Below, one piece after another: positions 25,671-39,620 of a DNA stretch of 64,000 bases. The DNA is from Callorhinchus milii. Its lineage: Eukaryota. The stretch covers positions 12,898,001-12,962,000 of the forward strand of contig NW_024704742.1 in the NCBI RefSeq assembly GCF_018977255.1, given 5' to 3'. Both the position numbers and the translations under genes were made by a program. Every line of letters begins with the position of its first letter. The stretch's first letter is position 1. The notes under the pieces were generated by a model, which did no database searches, was not told where the DNA came from, and saw only the letters and a program-made list of their open reading frames with translations.

Positions 25671-28139
25671 TGGGGAATGATGGTGGTTTTGAAAAGGGGT
25701 GCACTATGCTAGTGGGAGGGAGAATTTGAGATGTTGGTTAGCAGGGGAGTGAAGAGGCAAAGCTGGCTAACCAGGAGCAGCATTGGGAAGGGGATCAAGG
25801 GAGAAGGAGTGAGTTTCATGAGAGGAGAGGAGATTTGGGGTAAGTGGAGGGAGGTGGAGATAGCTGAGCCAATCTGTTCTACACCTCATTTGGAAACGAC
25901 CAACCCTTCCAATAAAGATGATTTTTAAATTTTTTTTTAATAAGTTAAGTATTGCTTGTCATTAGGTTTGATATTTTGGAAGCAGGTCAGTTCTGGGAGC
26001 AGAAGTTGCATTTTCTTTTACTCCCCCAGTTGCCTTAGATCAGAGATGGCCAACTATTTTACGCATGCCCATGTGACTAATTTACACAGCCCGCAGGCTG
26101 CAAGTGTAATCATGGATAGCATGGCCCAAATTTGAGGATGTGCTACACTGAAAACATATTCTGTTCATATAAAATAAAAACTAGTTAAAGATCAGGCTGC
26201 TCGTATTCTTTTCCATGATTGTAGATTTTCCTCCCCTGTGTTTTCCAATCCTAAATATCTACAAACTATAAAAGTGAATACTCTTTTTTATATAAAGATA
26301 AAGTGACTGTCTGTCTGTATCTGACACTCGCGCACTAACCTATTGATGTAGAAGCATAACTTATATCTCATCGGAAAGGTCTTGCATCTGGCAGTGTCGT
26401 GCACATGTCTTTTGGGGAATTTCGTATCGTTTATGAGTTGTATTAAAAAGAATGCTTTAATTAAGCCCCAAAATATGAGGTGCGCATTGTATTCTGCAAC
26501 TATGACAGAGGAAAGCACACACCATTCAGAGAGATACATCTATATTCTGAAACAAATGTAAGGCACGGTTTTTTGGTTGTCGTGGGAGCTAGGGTCCTCC
26601 CATATGGGACAGACTGACAGAGGCAGAGAGAGAGAATATATTATAAATTGTAGTGACTGTGTTTTGTGGGAGAGAGAGTGAGACTGAAAGAGGGAGTCTG
26701 GGAGAAAAAAATATATTAAAGGAGTCCTCCCAGCTGAGTATAGATAAAGACAAAGCTGCAATGGCTACAGCTAGTATTTGATAACCACTACTTGACAAGC
26801 CTTGATTTGTACATATTTCTTATTTATTAGCTTCCTGCATTTTTACACCTTGGCTCTTTTCACCTAGGTTTTTTAATTATAAAAGATTGGCCAACAAAAT
26901 AATGTGTTCATATTTGATTTTTTTTTTAAAAAGCTGCTGTAGTAGCTCAGTATAAATGAACAATGTAGCTGAAGATTTTTGGGTGTATTTCACCTGTAGT
27001 TATCAGACCTTAGCTGGAATGGTGACCAGAAGTACTATAATTGGTCTCAACAACTTATTATTTTTGGTGGGGGGGGGAGGAGGGGTGAGAAACTACCAAG
27101 GCTCCTGATTGCAATCTATTCAATCATGGAAAATGGTGTGTTTGGACTTTGAGGACAGGTTTGAAAATCTGCTTGACTTTCAAGGTTAATTTAAGGGGAG
27201 AAGTTTTAATACATGTTTAGACTGATTTTTGGTAGCTCCACTTAAATTCTTTTAAGTGTACTGAAAATGTACAGCTCAAAGAAAAAGTGCTTCTTCAATC
27301 AGTTTGGTATGTTACAAATAACAGTTTTGGGCTTGGACTAACTCAGCATCGCTAGCTGGCTTCAAATTAATTCCTTTATTCATGACATTTCTTTACCTTT
27401 GACCTCTTGTATTCTTCAAACTTTTTTGATTGGATGTTGCTGAATAAACTGCTCAAGCTCCCTCTTGCCTCTTAATGAGGTTAACCAATCCCAGCCAGCT
27501 ATTCTATATTTAGCAGGTAGGCTCACAACTTTGGGCCCATTGCAGTAATGCAATTATTGCCCATTGGAATATCTGGAGTGCAAAATGGAGGTTTGTTTTT
27601 TAATAAAGAAACCTTAATAGTATGGAAGCATTAATGGTAGATTCCTCTGATTATAGTAATGGAGATTTATCAAAATGGTAGGTAATGAGATCTGAAAAAT
27701 GGAATGTTTTGAAGTCCAAAATTTTTTGACTTTATGGTACAAAATGATAGTAATCCTTACATCTGATATAGCATCTTTCACGTTGGGTGGATATCTCAAA
27801 ATGCTTAACAGGATTTACTGCAAAGTGTAGCAACTATATTTATAGGTGAATACTGCAGCCATTTATGTGCACAGTAACGATCTTCAAGCAACCATGAAGT
27901 GAATGACCAATTTTAGCTTGATTGTTGGCCAGGACAGGAGAAGTTTGCTTTTTTTTGATAAAAATCAATAGTGGCTCGGAACCTTGTACATCCACCTTGG
28001 TTTTACGTTTCATCTGAAGGACGGCAACTGACAATGTAGCACTGCACTGGAGTGTCAGCCTAAATTGAGTGCTCAAAGTCGCTGAAATGAACTTGAACCT
28101 ATTCTTAGGCAATATCGCTGAGCAGGGTTGGTGCTATTA

Positions 28140-29520
28140 GATGTCGGCTTTGTCAGGAGGGTGGAGGACGGAGGGTGGGGGGGAAGCAGCGTGATCGAGA
28201 GCAGGTCAAAGAGTGGGGGTCTTGAAATGGGTCTTGAAGGAGGTAAGGGTGGGGGGGGGAGGAGGGATTGCGGGATGGAGTTCCAGAGGGAGGGGACAGG
28301 AGGCCCACCCGCCAATAGTGGAGCATGCAAGGCGAGGGACGTGAAGCAGGCAAGAGCCCGCTGAGTGGAAGGAGCAAGTAGGATGGTAGGGGGTTAGGAA
28401 GTCTCAGAGGGAGTGGGGAGCAAGACCATGGAGGGCTTTGAAGATGAAGACCAGGATCTTGAACTGTATCCTCTGTGTGATGGGAAGCCAGTGGAGTTGG
28501 GTGAGAATGAGGGTGATGGGGTCATGGAGGCTGGTGCGGGAGAGGATGTGGGCTGCAAAGTACTAGATGATCTTCAGCCTATGGAGGGAGAAGTTGGGGA
28601 GGCCAACAAGCAGTGAGTTTGCATAGTCGAGCCTCAGTGTAATGAAAGTGTGTATGAGGGTTTCGGCGGCCTGTGGTGTGAGACAGTGTTGGAGCCGGGT
28701 GATGTTGCAAAGGTGGGGGAAGGCAGAGCGGGTCATGGTGCAGATTTGGGGTAGAAAGGATAGTTGAGGGACAAACAAAACCCCAAGGTTCTGGACTGGC
28801 TTAGCAAGGTGCAGTGTGCAACCATGGATGGTGATGCTGTCAGCGCCTGAGGTGAGGAGGTGCTGACGGGAGCTAAACAGGAGAGCCTCGGTCTTGTTGA
28901 CGTTCAACTGAAGAAAGTTAGCTCTCATCCAGGACTTGATGTCTGACAGACATTCTGTCAGCACAGCAGTGGTTGTAGAATCAAGGGTGGAGGCAGAGAG
29001 GTAGAGTTGGGTGTCATCTGCATACATGTGGAAGTTGACCCCGTGTCTGCGGATGATGTCACCAAGAGGGAGCAAATAGATATTGAAAAGGAAGGGACCA
29101 AGGACAGTCCTGAGGAACGCTGCACGAGACGGTCTGGGGGCTACAGGAGAAGCCGTTTGTGGAGATGACGTGGCAGCGGTGTGAGGTACGATCTGAAGCA
29201 TGAAGGTAAAGCGACAGAGCCGTAAGGTTGAGGTTAGATGAGAGGCGATGGATGAGGATAGAGTGATCGACGGTGTCGAAGACAGCAGAGAGGTCAAGGA
29301 AGACGAGGAGGCAGAGGGAACCATGGTTGTAGATGGACAGAATGTCATTTGTCACTTTGACCAGGGCTGTTTCTGTGCTGTGGGCAGCACGGAAACCCGA
29401 TTGGAGGGGTTCGAGAAGGGAATGGGAGAGAAAGGAGTGAAGCTGAGAAGCAACAACTCATTCCAGGACCTTGGAGAGGAAAGGGAAGTTGGAGATGGGG
29501 CGGCAGTTTGAGAGAATGTA
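28140..29520 (-). mobile_element. L2 LINE RT fragment (about 1.4 kb)
   Basis: [37 protein letters not shown]...[15 protein letters not shown], with frameshifts. Confidence 0.93.
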
Positions 29521-30224
29521 GATGTCCCTAGAAAATAAATAATCTTATATTTTATTCATTCTGTTGTTTGAGAGTATTTTTGGCTGAAGCCCTATGACTG
29601 TGAAATATTCTCTCACTGTGGCAATTTGATAAAGCTTTTAATCTTATTTCAATAAATGTTGCTTTATTGACCACTGTTTGCTAAAGCTTTTAATCATGTA
29701 CCAATAAATGATGATTAATGAACCATTGTGTAATAGTACACAACTAGTCATTAGATGGCAGGATTTCAAAAAAAATAATTTAAAAGAATATCAATAGTCC
29801 ACTTTGTTTCATTGTCAAGAATGTAGACCTAATATGCTGGAATATATTGGTTTTAAAAAGTCAGTTTCAAATATAACTTTTTAAACTTTTTAGTTTCATT
29901 CTCACATTTGGCAGAAAAATTTAGTCTGAAGGTTGAACATTTGATTCCCAGATAATTCTTCATGAAACTATCACTGTTCATTGTATAATGGTTTATTATT
30001 CAGTAGCAATTTAAAAAAAATTGGTTAGCTGAATGACATATGGAAACCCATTTTTAGGAGTGTTCCAAATCAGTCATGATTTCCCCATGCATGCCACCTA
30101 CACATAGAATTTTTCCTGCATCTGGAATGGAGTGTGCACTCTCCCTGAAGGGACATACCTTGCTTCCCCAGTTTCAGAAAGTATTAGGTGTAAGTTAGCA
30201 AGAGCCAAGGTTTGGGCACTCCAA

Positions 30225-30612
30225 TAACAACAACAAAATTACGTTTATAGAGCGCCTGTCACGTTGGGAGGACGTCCCAAAGTGCTGGACAGTCAGGGGT
30301 TGGGACCTGAGTATGGGGGAAGGGTGGGGTAGGGGTGAGGGAAGGCAGAGAGGTGGGAGGGCGACCGAAGGCACGGTCAAAAAGAAGGGTCTTGAGAACT
30401 AGCCTTGAAGGAGGCTAGGGAGGAAGTTAGGCAAAGGGACTGTGAGATGGAGTTCCAGAGTCTGGGGGCAGAGAGGCTGAAAGCCTTGCCACCGATGGTA
30501 GGGCGGGAGACCTGGAACAGACCGGAACCCGCTGAACAGAGGGAGTGGGCAGGTTGGTAGAGAGTCGGCAGGTCAGAGCGGTAGGAGGGGGCAAGGCCAT
30601 GGATGGCCTTGA
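30225..30612 (-). mobile_element. L2 LINE 3' end
   Basis: FKAIHGLAPSY...GGKAFSLSAPRLWNS and (TTG)n tail. Confidence 0.88.
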
Positions 30613-31380
30613 AAGTGGCCACTCCAGACAAGTACCCTCACTGGCTGGATAACAAGTACCGCCAGCGACTCTCGAAGAGCTGCTTACAGTGTTAGCAGCT
30701 GTTGTGTTAGTAGCTGTTGTGTTAGCAACACAACTTTAGCATAAAATGCGTGAACATTGTCACCACCCTTCCTCCAAGCCCTAGATATGTGTCCACAAAA
30801 CTGGAGGCAACTTCTAGCATGTGTGGAAGGAACTATATAGGATAACTTGTGACATGCCAGCAAGCTTGATGTCCTAGAGGTCCAAGTCCAGTGTTCCAAA
30901 CACCAGGTTTACTCAATGCCTACTGTTTAATCCAGACCCTTGTATGAGTGGCTTTGGCAAATAGATGTGCTTGCTATGAAGCCAACTCTGCTACAGGGTG
31001 ATGACTGTCAGGTCTGAGTAGGGCAGAGGGCTCTCTCTGGTCCAGCATCTGTTTTGTGTTTTTTAACTATAAATCTAACTCGCTGCTTGGACCTGGACTT
31101 TCCAAATGGGCCAAAGGAAATCCCTCCGCTGCATGCCCAGGAAGCACAAGGTATTGTTTGGACACGTACACCACTGTCTTAATCTGCATTGTAGCTTGGC
31201 TGTCATTGAAGAGAGGCGATAAATACAATAGTGCCCTTTACAATCCTTAGTGCATTCCTGAGCGATAATATCGAGCAAAAGTTGATACTTTAGGTGTCCA
31301 CCAGAACTCCTACATATTGTTGGGATTCTTGGGCTTTTCTGAAGATAAATTTCTGTATATGTCCATTTCTTCTATGTAAA

Positions 31381-31605
31381 TAATAATCCTTGTATTTGAT
31401 ATAGCACTTTTCATGTCTTTGGGACGTCTCAAAGAGCTTCAGAGAATATACTGTAAAGTGAATTGACTGTTTATTTGTGGACGAAACGCGGCAGCCAATT
31501 GCGCACAGCAGTGACCCACAAACAGTCGTGGATTGAGTGACCAAATTATTATTGTTTTTTTCTTGAGGGATTATTATCAGGCGTGTGGAGTAAGCAATGT
31601 TGGCC
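31381..31605 (-). mobile_element. tRNA-SINE, short form, headless
   Basis: Matches the family body and tail. Confidence 0.85.
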
Positions 31606-31719
31606 AAGCAATCCCAAATAAAATTAGTTGTTCGCTTCAAGGCTGTTTATGAGATGTTGCTGTGTACAAATTGGCTGCCGTGTTCACCCACAAAATGCAA
31701 TCATTGCACTTTGTAATGC

Positions 31720-32990
31720 TCTGATATCCACCCTTCTATTTTTCCTCTGCATTGGTTCTGAACACCTTATCTCCACTTCACCCCTTCTTGCTTTATCTCT
31801 GCTGACTTCTCCCCACTCCTCTCACAACCTCTCCCTCCACATTAACTCTGCCACTCACATCTATGGTCGCCCCCTTGACCTGGTGATTACCTTACCTTCT
31901 TGGACCATATTTCATCTCCCTTAATTCCTCCATCCCACTCCCTAAAACCCAACCCAATTCTATCTCCTACCGCCCCTGGGGAAAAAAAATCACCCTTCAC
32001 TCGATCTTGGTTGCCCGAGCTCTGAACTCCTGCCCCACTGGGCTTCCTCCTGAAATGAGCTTAGCTCCTCAGTCGCTCTCCTCCACAACCCTCTGTTATC
32101 TTCGACATCTACTCCAGCGTCCACTAGTAGACCACCAATCTCTCAAGTCACAGGTGTGTAAAGCTGAACCAACTAGCACAGATCCAGTCTAATAGTCTAT
32201 CGCCAGATTTGGCTGGACCACGTCAACATCTTCTGCTCTGCCCTCAGCTAAATCGTCCTACTCCAAGATCATCCTCGAGGCCAAGGACAACCCCAGACTC
32301 CTCTTCTCCTCTGCAAACCAACTACTCCAAGCCTCGCCCATCCTCTCCTCCAAAGTTCAAATGTGAAGTGATGATCCTTCCTTGTCCCAAATTGAGGGGA
32401 TCCACTCTGTTGCCTCTGCTCTTCCTATTGCCACTCACCCCCATCTTCCACTTCGGCTTCCACCTATCCTTCATACTTTTGACCCTGTCTCCCCCTCTTC
32501 TCTCAATTCCGTCATTTCTCAAAAGCGGCCCACCACTTGCTCCCTTGACCCCTCTCCTGGTCTGTTGCTACCCCTACTAACAGACATTGTGAACCTCTCT
32601 CTGTCCACTGACACCATTCCCACCCCCTAAAAACAGCGGTTATCACCCCGAACCTCAAAAAATCTGTCTGTGACCCATCTACGTTCTCTAACTACCATCC
32701 CATCTCCAACCTTCTTTTCCATGGTCCTGGAATGAGTCATTGCTTCCCAGTTTCACTCTTTTCTCTTCTGCCACTCCATCCCAGAAAACTTTCTCCTCAT
32801 CCACCTCCTTCAAGGCTTGTCTCAAGACCTTCTTTGACTGTGCCTTCTTTCAAACTTCCACCCCTACCCCACTTGCACTCCTCCCCTCTTGATTACAACC
32901 CCCAACTTGGATGATAACCCTTGGCTGTCCATCACCTTGGGACGTCCTCACAATGCTCTATATAAATATAATTTATTGTTTGTTGTTGTA
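31720..32990 (+). mobile_element. Internally deleted L2 LINE (endonuclease end, linker, start of RT, 3' end)
   Basis: HINSATHIYGRPLDLVIT (APE C-terminus), PTTCSLDP, LTDIVNLSLST, and a 3' stem-loop/tail near 32935-32990. Confidence 0.8.
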
Positions 32991-33829
32991 AATCCTGTGA
33001 GGTGTTTTGAGACTATCTCAAGTTGAGAGGAGTATTATATCCTTGGCTGGAGAGGAGAACATTCAGACAAGGCTCTCTTCTGATCATTGTGCACTGATCT
33101 ATGGAAATAATTTCTGTCCTATCTTTCTCTCCTTTACAAATTGTGTATTGACACAAATTGACTAGTTGTGCACTTGAAAGTGGCTACATGGGTGAGATAT
33201 TGAAGGACTTGTTTCCTGAACTTGTACCCAGTACCCAGCCAGTGATTGTTTCAGGAGAGGAAGAGGAAAGCGCAGAAACGTTGGAAACATTTTTAAAAAC
33301 AACAGTGCTGCTTGATTCATCGATAATTCACAGTAAAAAGATCTATTCCAGTTACTATGTGTTACTTGAATAGTTCATGTGCAGAATAAGGAAATTATTG
33401 TTTGGTCTGGTTTGGAAATGAGACATTAGCAATGTCTTGAATGCCAGGAAATTGTACACATGTAACTTGATTCAGTGCATCTGTTTAAGGATGCCAACTT
33501 AGATGGTTTTCCATCTATTTTAAGCACACTGTTTGGCGATTGAAACGTTGAAGTGACCCATTTAATGGTGGTTACTGGTTTAGAATTGCATCTTTTTGAA
33601 TTTGTGCTTGCCAAAGTTACTTGGGGCATCTAGTTTGGGTTTTATCTTTTTAGGGTCCCAAGTATTTCTTCAGATAAATGGTTGGGTGCTTTTTGGACTC
33701 TGGAGGGAATTTCAAGAGGCTATTTGTATAAATCGTCTACTAATGCAATGTCTATCCAGGACGCTGCATGACACTGTGTTATTGGGAGAAGTCTATCTGC
33801 ATCACTAATATTTTTATAATATATTCAAG

Positions 33830-34285
33830 TATATCTACTCCAAGGTTATCTTGGAGGCTTCTCGTTTCCACCACAAACCGTCTCCTCCGTCCACCTTCCC
33901 ATACCTCTCCTCAAACTCTACCTGTGAGGAGAAGCTGGACTTCCTCAAATCTAAAATCGCGGGGATACGTTCAGCCACCCCCACATCACCTTTCCCTCAT
34001 CACCCACCCCACCCCCCCCCCCCACCCCATACTCCTTCGACCCTATCTCTCCCTCCTCCCTCACCACGACTGTCCACAAACTCAAACCCACCACCTGCTC
34101 CCTCGATCCCATCCCCACCTCTCTCCTCAACTCCCAGGTCCACCTTCTGGCCCCTCTCCTGTCTGGCGTCATCAACCTCTCCTTGTCCATCGGTTCAGTT
34201 CCCACCCCCCTAAAAGCAGCCGTCATCACTCCCATCTTGAAAAAACCTTCCCTGGATCCGTCCCTCCTCTCCAGCTACCGCCCCT
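33830..34285 (+). mobile_element. L2 LINE internal fragment
   Basis: KPTTCSLDPIPT...INLSLS...LKAAVITPILKKPSLD...YRP. Confidence 0.82.
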
Positions 34286-34714
34286 TGGGTGGATGAATAT
34301 GTGTTTTAGTATGGAAGGGAGAAGAGGATGATGAATATGTGCAAATTATTTGATTGGTTGGTACAATCAGATAATATGGGGGTATTAACAAAGAAATTGG
34401 TAAGGACCATGCAAGTTGCTTTTCACTGAAATACCTATTGGTGGTAGTCAATTTGTTTTAAAAAAAAGCCTTTTCAGTATCTACAAATGTATAGACACTA
34501 AATACATGGTAAATAGAAATGTGTGCACGTGCAGAAAACCAAGTGTATATTTGGATTTTTTTTACTGGTTTATCTTAATTCTAACTTTTGCACAGTAGAA
34601 TTCGAGAGAGAAAGTCATAGAGACATATAATTAGATATTCAAAGGGAGAAATGCTTGAGGAGAGAGGTGTAGAAGGGCCAACAAAATAAAACCTAATGGA
34701 AGAATTTTTAAGAG

Positions 34715-35140
34715 TACTGTGTTCCACACTTTAGGAAGGATGTCAAGACATTGCAGAGGATGCAAAGGAGATTTACCAGGATGGTACCAGGAATGAGGGA
34801 CTTCAGTTATCAGGAGAGGCTTGAGAAGCGAGGATTATTCTCCTTGGAGCAGAGAAGGTTAAGAGGAGACTTAATAGAAGTTTTCAAGATTATGAGGGGA
34901 TTCGGTAGGGTGAACAAGAAAAACTATTTCCACTGGTGGGTGGGTCGGTAACCCAAGGGAACCGATTTTGAGACTTTTGAGAGAGAAGTAGATAATTATT
35001 TGGGAGGACAAGTTTGCAAGGCTATGGGGAGGGGGGGGGGGGGGGGGTGGAATTGAATTGGGTAGCTCTTTTCAAAGAACCGGCAAAGACATAATGGACC
35101 GAATGGCCTCCTTCAGTGCTGTATAATTCTATGATTCTGT
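34715..35140 (+). mobile_element. CR1 LINE 3' end
   Basis: QRRFTRMVPGMRDFSYQERLEKRGLFSLEQRRLRGDLIEVFKIMRG and (ATTCTATG)-like tail; internal poly-G at about 35031-35047. Confidence 0.9.
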
Positions 35141-36590
35141 GAGTTGGAGTTAACTTTAACTGTGTGGAATTGGATTTTTTGATGGTGTGAATTGCATTTG
35201 TGATGGTGTGATTGGGTGGAGATTAATGGAAAGAGCTCAGTTACTGGAACGATAGTTAATTTTAGCAGCCAAATATTTTCAGAAACTACCAGTTTCAATT
35301 CCAGTTGTGCACAAGTTAATTTGATGATGTCTACTTGATGCTTGTACTTTATGCATGCTGAGTCATGGAAGCCATTTTAAAGCCTCAGTTTTAATTTAAA
35401 TGGTTTGATTCCATAGTCAAGCCCTATTTTCTTTTCTGGAATGTGATAATTTTTCATGGGTGCATTGTTTTGGTGTGAGCGACTTTTATTGCAGACTTTG
35501 ATTTGTAGTTATACTAAATTGAGCAGAAAAATAACTTGTTAGTCCTAGAATTCTAGAGTTAATCACATGACGGATCCTAAGGATATTATGATAATGAGTG
35601 ATCTTGTAATGGCAAATATTCGTGAATTTGCTATTGTGCCTATATTGTCAAAACATCTCACTGTTAAAGCACTCCCATTGGCCAAGTAAATATAGTGCAA
35701 CCTCAAATAACCTGTTTGTGTCCAATCTTTTAAAATTATTTTGAACTATAATTGCTCCTTAGTTTTATGGTATAATTGCCCCTCATTTTAATGCAATTGA
35801 GAGAGGTCAATGCATGTCCTTAAGATGTTTTCCAGTACTGTAAACATGTTTTGCATTATTTTTACTTAAGTGCTTGTAAAGATTCCTTGTTGCCTACCTT
35901 GTTTTATGTGTTGTACGGTATTGGGCAGCATGAGATGCAACAGATATTTTACAATGATAAAAGATCCATGTGTCATGAAGCTCACAGATATAAATTGCAT
36001 TCAATTTTGTTTTCACATAGGAGGTTCTTTCCAGCAGAGAGAGGTCTTCTGGAGAATGATCAAGAGTAACAATTTTTCTTTTTGATCCACTCTCCTGTAA
36101 TTTGATGTCAAGCCAAATTATAACTTTGCAGACTAAGAATTAATTTCATATCTTCCTGGTCTCTTTGGCCTGGTTGCATACTTACTGAATCAACTAGAGA
36201 GTCCCAGATTATGTAATCTTAATGGATCATTTTAGTGACTGTTTATTTCTGGCAGTTGAGTAGCAGAAAATAGGTGCAGGATCAGTTATAGCTATCCTAA
36301 CAAATATTTTCTTCAATATTTAGTGTTCTACGGTGGTTTATCGAGCCAGCCAAGTATGCTTCTTTGTTACTTAAATTAGTCCTACGTGGGATTTGAATGT
36401 GTTTAGCGAATTAGAACCTTGTTTGCTGTTACCATGCTTCCCATGAAATAAGGTCTTGCCTTCATATGTCTTGGGACCAGCTGTTGCAAACTTCATCACT
36501 GTGATGCTTATACAATCATATTTCCTCCAGTTGTCTACCTGTGGCTGAATTGAATATGACCTCACAGCCCCCATTATAACATCATCAAGA

Positions 36591-36660
36591 TGCCCTGGCC
36601 TGGCCTGCCCTGGCCTGGCCTGCCCTGCCCTGCCCTGCACTGCCTGTACTGCCTGTACTG
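36591..36660. repeat. Compound 5-bp (GCCCT/GGCCT) and 9-bp (CTGCCTGTA) simple repeat
   Basis: Directly visible. Confidence 0.8.
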
Positions 36661-37262
36661 GAGTTGAATTGATACTTTTTAGTTGATCTGACTTTCTTTC
36701 TTATTTACGAGAGATGTAATTGAATATGGCATGGAAATACATAAATGTAGTTTATCCTATTGTAATCTTCAGGGTGGTTGCTTTGTGTCTTTATTGGAAC
36801 TAGCCCAGTGTAATTCACAGTTGAGATACTAATTAAAACTCCAGCTTCAAAAGTCAGTATTACAAATACTGTGATGATTGTAAGTACTATAGATAAATTA
36901 GAAGACACAAATTGTACAGTTATGTAATTAATAAATAATTGATCTTACTGTCTTATTGGGTTGTAAAGGTTATCCACTGTTAGATAGTGAGATACTGTAA
37001 TATTGTCACAGAATAATAGTGTTATGCAGAGTACTTGGAGTTGATGCACACAGGAATCCAGTGACTGCTACTACAGATATAAGATGTTTAATGTCAGCAA
37101 TGCTATGACTGCCAACATCATGCCCATCATACTATGTGTGTGTGAAGATATTAAATGTACTAAAATATTTTTGTATATATTTTACTCTTGTTAAAACAGT
37201 AATGTAGAATGTTTTATTTTGTGACTGGCTCTACTCAGGTGAAAGGCTCACAGTTTTATAAA

Positions 37263-37572
37263 AATAATAATCCTTGCATTTGATATAGCACTTTTCATAA
37301 CTTCTAGATGTCTCAAAACGCTTCACAGAATATACTGTAAAATGAATTGACTATATATTTTGTGGGCGCAAGGCGGCAGCCAATTGCGCGCAGCAGTGTC
37401 CCACAACAGTAGTGGATTGAAGTGACCAATTTATTATACTTTTTTTTCTTGAGGGATTATTATTAGGCGTATGGAGTAAGCAAACTTGCCCAAGGTTTCT
37501 CCCTGCTGGGAATCAAATCTAGGTCTCTCACTTGCGAGGCGAGTGCTCTAACCACTGAGCTGCAGGACTCCA
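37263..37572 (-). mobile_element. Full-length tRNA-SINE, short form
   Basis: Head, body and (ATT)n tail all present. Confidence 0.92.
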
Positions 37573-39149
37573 TATGTATACACTATATGTAAACAGTGCA
37601 TGTTTTTAATACTGATGCTTCCCCTGTTTATCCCTGTAACATGTTAAGTTACGCTCTTATATTTATGCACACTGCAAACTCTTCAAGTGATCATAATTAG
37701 ATTTTTGGTTAACTGGAATCACTTTTCTGTGTTACTTGAAAATTGTATCAGATTAAAAATTAAACCAGTGGGAACTTTGTGTTTGTACTAGGATAGAAAT
37801 GTTTTGCACTTGGCTCTAGCATGAAAGACACACATAAATTAATCCATGAGCTTCAAAATGTTTTTTTTAAAAAAAGGACTTGTTTGTTGTCACTTGTACT
37901 TGAATGTACCAATAGTTTCTGAATGTTTTTATAACAGCTATTTTGCATTTTTTTGATGCAAGTTGGTGCATTTTGCAGTAATACCACAGGCTCCATATAA
38001 TCTTTTCTGTAGCAGGCTGCATATTTTTGTGAGTTTACTGCTTATAATAAATTAAGATGAATGGCAACTATGTGGAGAATGTAGGAAACATCAAGGAGTG
38101 AAAATAGTTAGATAAATGGCCGATACGGTTTAATGTGAAATAGAAGTACAATGTTTTGAGAGGGTATTCCCTAAGGGACAGAGCAATCTCGTTAAGGATT
38201 TTCAAAGGTAAAAAGTTGCATCAGATTTCTCGTAATATAGACCAGTATATTTCTGCAAGATGTTGGTTAGGTGATCAGTGAGTACTTGTATGCATTTCTG
38301 GATGAACTTTTAGAAAACAAAGCAAAGATGTGGTAAAGATAATGTACTCGAACTTGCATTTTTATCATGCTTTTTTAGATCAGAATGTCTTAAGTGCTTC
38401 AAGTAATTACTGTGGAATTACTATTTTTGTTGGCAAACACGGCAGCTATTTGCACCTGTAGGACCCCACAAAGAGACATGAGGTAAATAAACAATTAATC
38501 TGAAGAATTGTTAGCTTTAACAGTGTGAGAAGCTCCTTTTTCTTTTTGAATTGTGGCATGGAATCAGAGTAATGAGACTGAATTAATTCCTTGATTGAAA
38601 GGTGGCATTTCTGACAATGGAGCATATATCGCAAGTACGTAGTGTCAAATCCTGATACGAATCCTGGGTGGAATCACTATGTATTTCTTGTTACTGATAT
38701 TTCCTGCTCTTGGCTGCTCATGACAATTCTGGGAGTTTCTTTGGAAGTACTTTTTGGAATAGCTTCTCCCAGCACCCTGGCCAAGAATCCCCAACTAAGA
38801 TTAGTTACTCACTTCATGGCTCTTTGTGGAACATTGCTGGGTACAAATTAGCTGGTGTTTCTCCATACAAAATATACAGTATCTATACTTTACAGTGTTA
38901 AGTGTTTTGAGATGCACTCTTGATATGAAAGGCACTATATAAATTATTTATCGTTATCATTGATGACCCCTCTAAGATGAGAGTAGGTCCTTGTTGTTAA
39001 TAATTATTATTGCAAAGGGGATATTTTAAATTGTAGACTTCAATGGTGGTGAGTTAACAGTAAAGTAACTATGAATATTTAAAACTTCATTTGCCTCTTA
39101 GGTGTTTTTTTCTTAATTGTGGGACTATTATTTTGTAGCTGTGACCTCA

Positions 39150-39620
39150 CAATAGTGTTGCAGGTCATAAATGATTGGGAATATTTGCCATAAAAAAATT
39201 AAGTTCACCTATTTGGTCCAATCATCTCTAATGTTCGCATACATTTTGATCACCAGAGGTTTGGATAAAGACCCTTTAGCTCATTTGATCTCATCCTTCT
39301 GGAATATGTTTGCAGGATCCAGCTGGTTCTTGAATGAGTCCAGAAACATGGTCTCAACAATCCCTCCTATTAACTTTTTCCAGGCATTAATTGTGCTCTA
39401 TGTACAGAAATACTACATTGTGTCAATCCTGAAATTGCTCTTCACCACTTGTATCTTGTCCTGATGCCTTGTTATCCCAATGATCAGCTTTATTTTCTCA
39501 ATCTCACTTTGTATCTTGTATATCTGAGTGCCCACTGAAATGGATATTTTCAATTATGAAGTGGCCTAGCTTATTTAATTGTACTTCATAGCTCATCCAT
39601 GAAAATGTTGCATCGGCAAG
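39150..39620 (-). mobile_element. Highly degenerate CR1 3' fragment
   Basis: Weak similarity to the 54620-55500 CR1 copy. Confidence 0.5.
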
